DNA of 64,000 nucleotides, taken from Trichodelitschia bisporula (taxonomy: Eukaryota). A program made the translations under genes and the position numbers. The stretch covers positions 753,061-817,060 of the forward strand of contig ML996695.1 of NCBI GenBank assembly GCA_010356995.1, in the 5' to 3' direction. The notes below the pieces were generated by a model, which made no database searches, was not told where the DNA came from, and saw only the letters and a program-made list of their open reading frames with translations. Below are positions 63,037 to 64,000 of the stretch, piece after piece; the stretch's first letter is position 1; the number at the start of each line of letters is the position of its first letter.

Positions 63037-64000
63037 TCATTGCCCAGAAGGGGCGTTAGGCACCGCTCCCATGCCAGAGGCTGCCCGCTTTTGCCTCGCC
63101 TGCTCGTCCTCATTTAGAGGCTGGCCAGTAACTGCGTCAAAAACGTCGGTACGCTGCGACGCAAGCCGCTTGAGATTCTTCGCGACCTCATCTGTGGACA
63201 GGTTGGTGGTTGCCTGACGTTCTCGCTCCTTTTCCTTTTGCTTGCGCCAGTTTGGATCGAGAAGTTCAACTACAAACTATTAGCATGGAGAGTAGATTGC
63301 AAGGGAGTTGCTCACCCTTCATGTGTTGCTCGAGCTCGTCATATGGAATCTGCTGTTTGCAGTTAGGACATAATGCCATTTGGACATTCTTTCTCCGGGC
63401 CATAGCGCGTGGCACTGTCCCGCCCTCGCGAATGCGCATGGGGTTTGCTGCAGCTTTGGCCGCGGCCTGAGCTTGTTGCGCACGCTCGCGCTCCGCAGCA
63501 CGCTCACGAATACGGGCTTGCTCCTCTTCGTCTTGTGCCGACCTATATGCAAGCGGCTCTGGTTGTATTGGGCCTTGCGGGTACTGCCCTGCTGCCGGAG
63601 GTAGCTGAACAGGTGGCGCTGGCGTGGCATCGTAGTAGGGGTCATCGGCGGTAGGCATGGCCTCTTCTATCCGCATGTTGTGCGGCGCGAGGCTCATCAT
63701 TGCCTTCTGCTCAAGAGAGGCAGACTGCAAGTCCGAGAGGGATGTCGGAGGCGGAAGGTCGATGCTCTCATCCTCCTCGGTGAATACGATGGTGCCAACC
63801 ACAGAGAAGTCATGCCAGTCAATCTGAGCATACGCCATCTTTTCCGCCTCAACTTCCTCCTCCTTTTTGGCCTTTTGCATTTCCTGGTATTTGACCCACT
63901 CCGCCCGCTGCTTTGCGCGTCCCAGGAGGTGGAAGCGGTCGCAAACATTGCGCTCGAGTTCTGCGATGCGCGCCCGCTCTAGCTTTCCACCTTCAACTGT
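63037..64000 (-). CDS. PRP21: Splicing factor SF3a120/Prp21, 3' part (5' end lies beyond the window)
   Basis: Exons >64000-63316 and 63269-63037. Motifs 'YAQIDWHDFSVVGTI.F', 'CPNCKQQIP', 'HMKVELLDPNW', 'NLKRLASQRTDVFD'. The first stop is TGA 63039-63037, but a conserved motif continues in frame to 62986. Confidence 0.93.

Noticed and set aside
63025..63063. 39-nt in-frame intron that would remove the PRP21 TGA
   Set aside because: Weak GTGCCT donor, the only branch motif is 3-4 nt from the donor, the acceptor would be GAG, and it would delete part of the conserved motif.
1588..64000. Splicing-gene cluster (BBP, LSM2, PRP21), biosynthetic cluster, CRISPR array or intact transposon
   Set aside because: The splicing genes are widely dispersed. 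No backbone synthase, repeat-spacer array, transposase/RT ORF, LTRs or TIRs were recognised.

Overview
Eukaryotic, intron-containing, GC-rich, gene-dense window from a filamentous ascomycete (Pezizomycotina; inferred from short GT-AG introns of mostly 42-70 nt with CTRAY branch sites and from the gene content). Exon boundaries were worked out by hand. It contains 23 well-supported protein-coding genes, mostly housekeeping: an MFS transporter (partial), BBP/SF1, a SAM-methyltransferase-domain protein, RPE1, DERA, an EGF-domain membrane protein, LSM2, TRS23, a two-UBC-domain E2, PEX5, a two-RRM protein, CDC45, PTC7, a GNAT, a rhodopsin/PTH11-like protein, an APC amino-acid permease, CCDC124/LSO2, a mitochondrial thiolase, ISD11, PRP21 (partial) and three conserved hypotheticals. 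There is one intron-containing tRNA-Pro(AGG). I recognised no intact transposon, rRNA or CRISPR array. The most interesting signals are: (1) the branchpoint-binding-protein gene is loaded with its own ligand motif and has a poison alternative 3' splice site, suggesting autoregulation; (2) an in-frame TGA precedes the conserved C-terminal motif of PRP21; (3) an uncharacterised protein has BNIP3/NIX-like mitophagy-receptor architecture; (4) tRNA-Pro may be nested antisense in the intron of a Pro-Pro micro-ORF; (5) TRS23 has a 4-nt micro-exon carrying its split start codon plus an overlapping uORF; (6) LSM2 and ISD11 have twin-acceptor introns; (7) a family of intergenic TACNGTA palindromes recurs.
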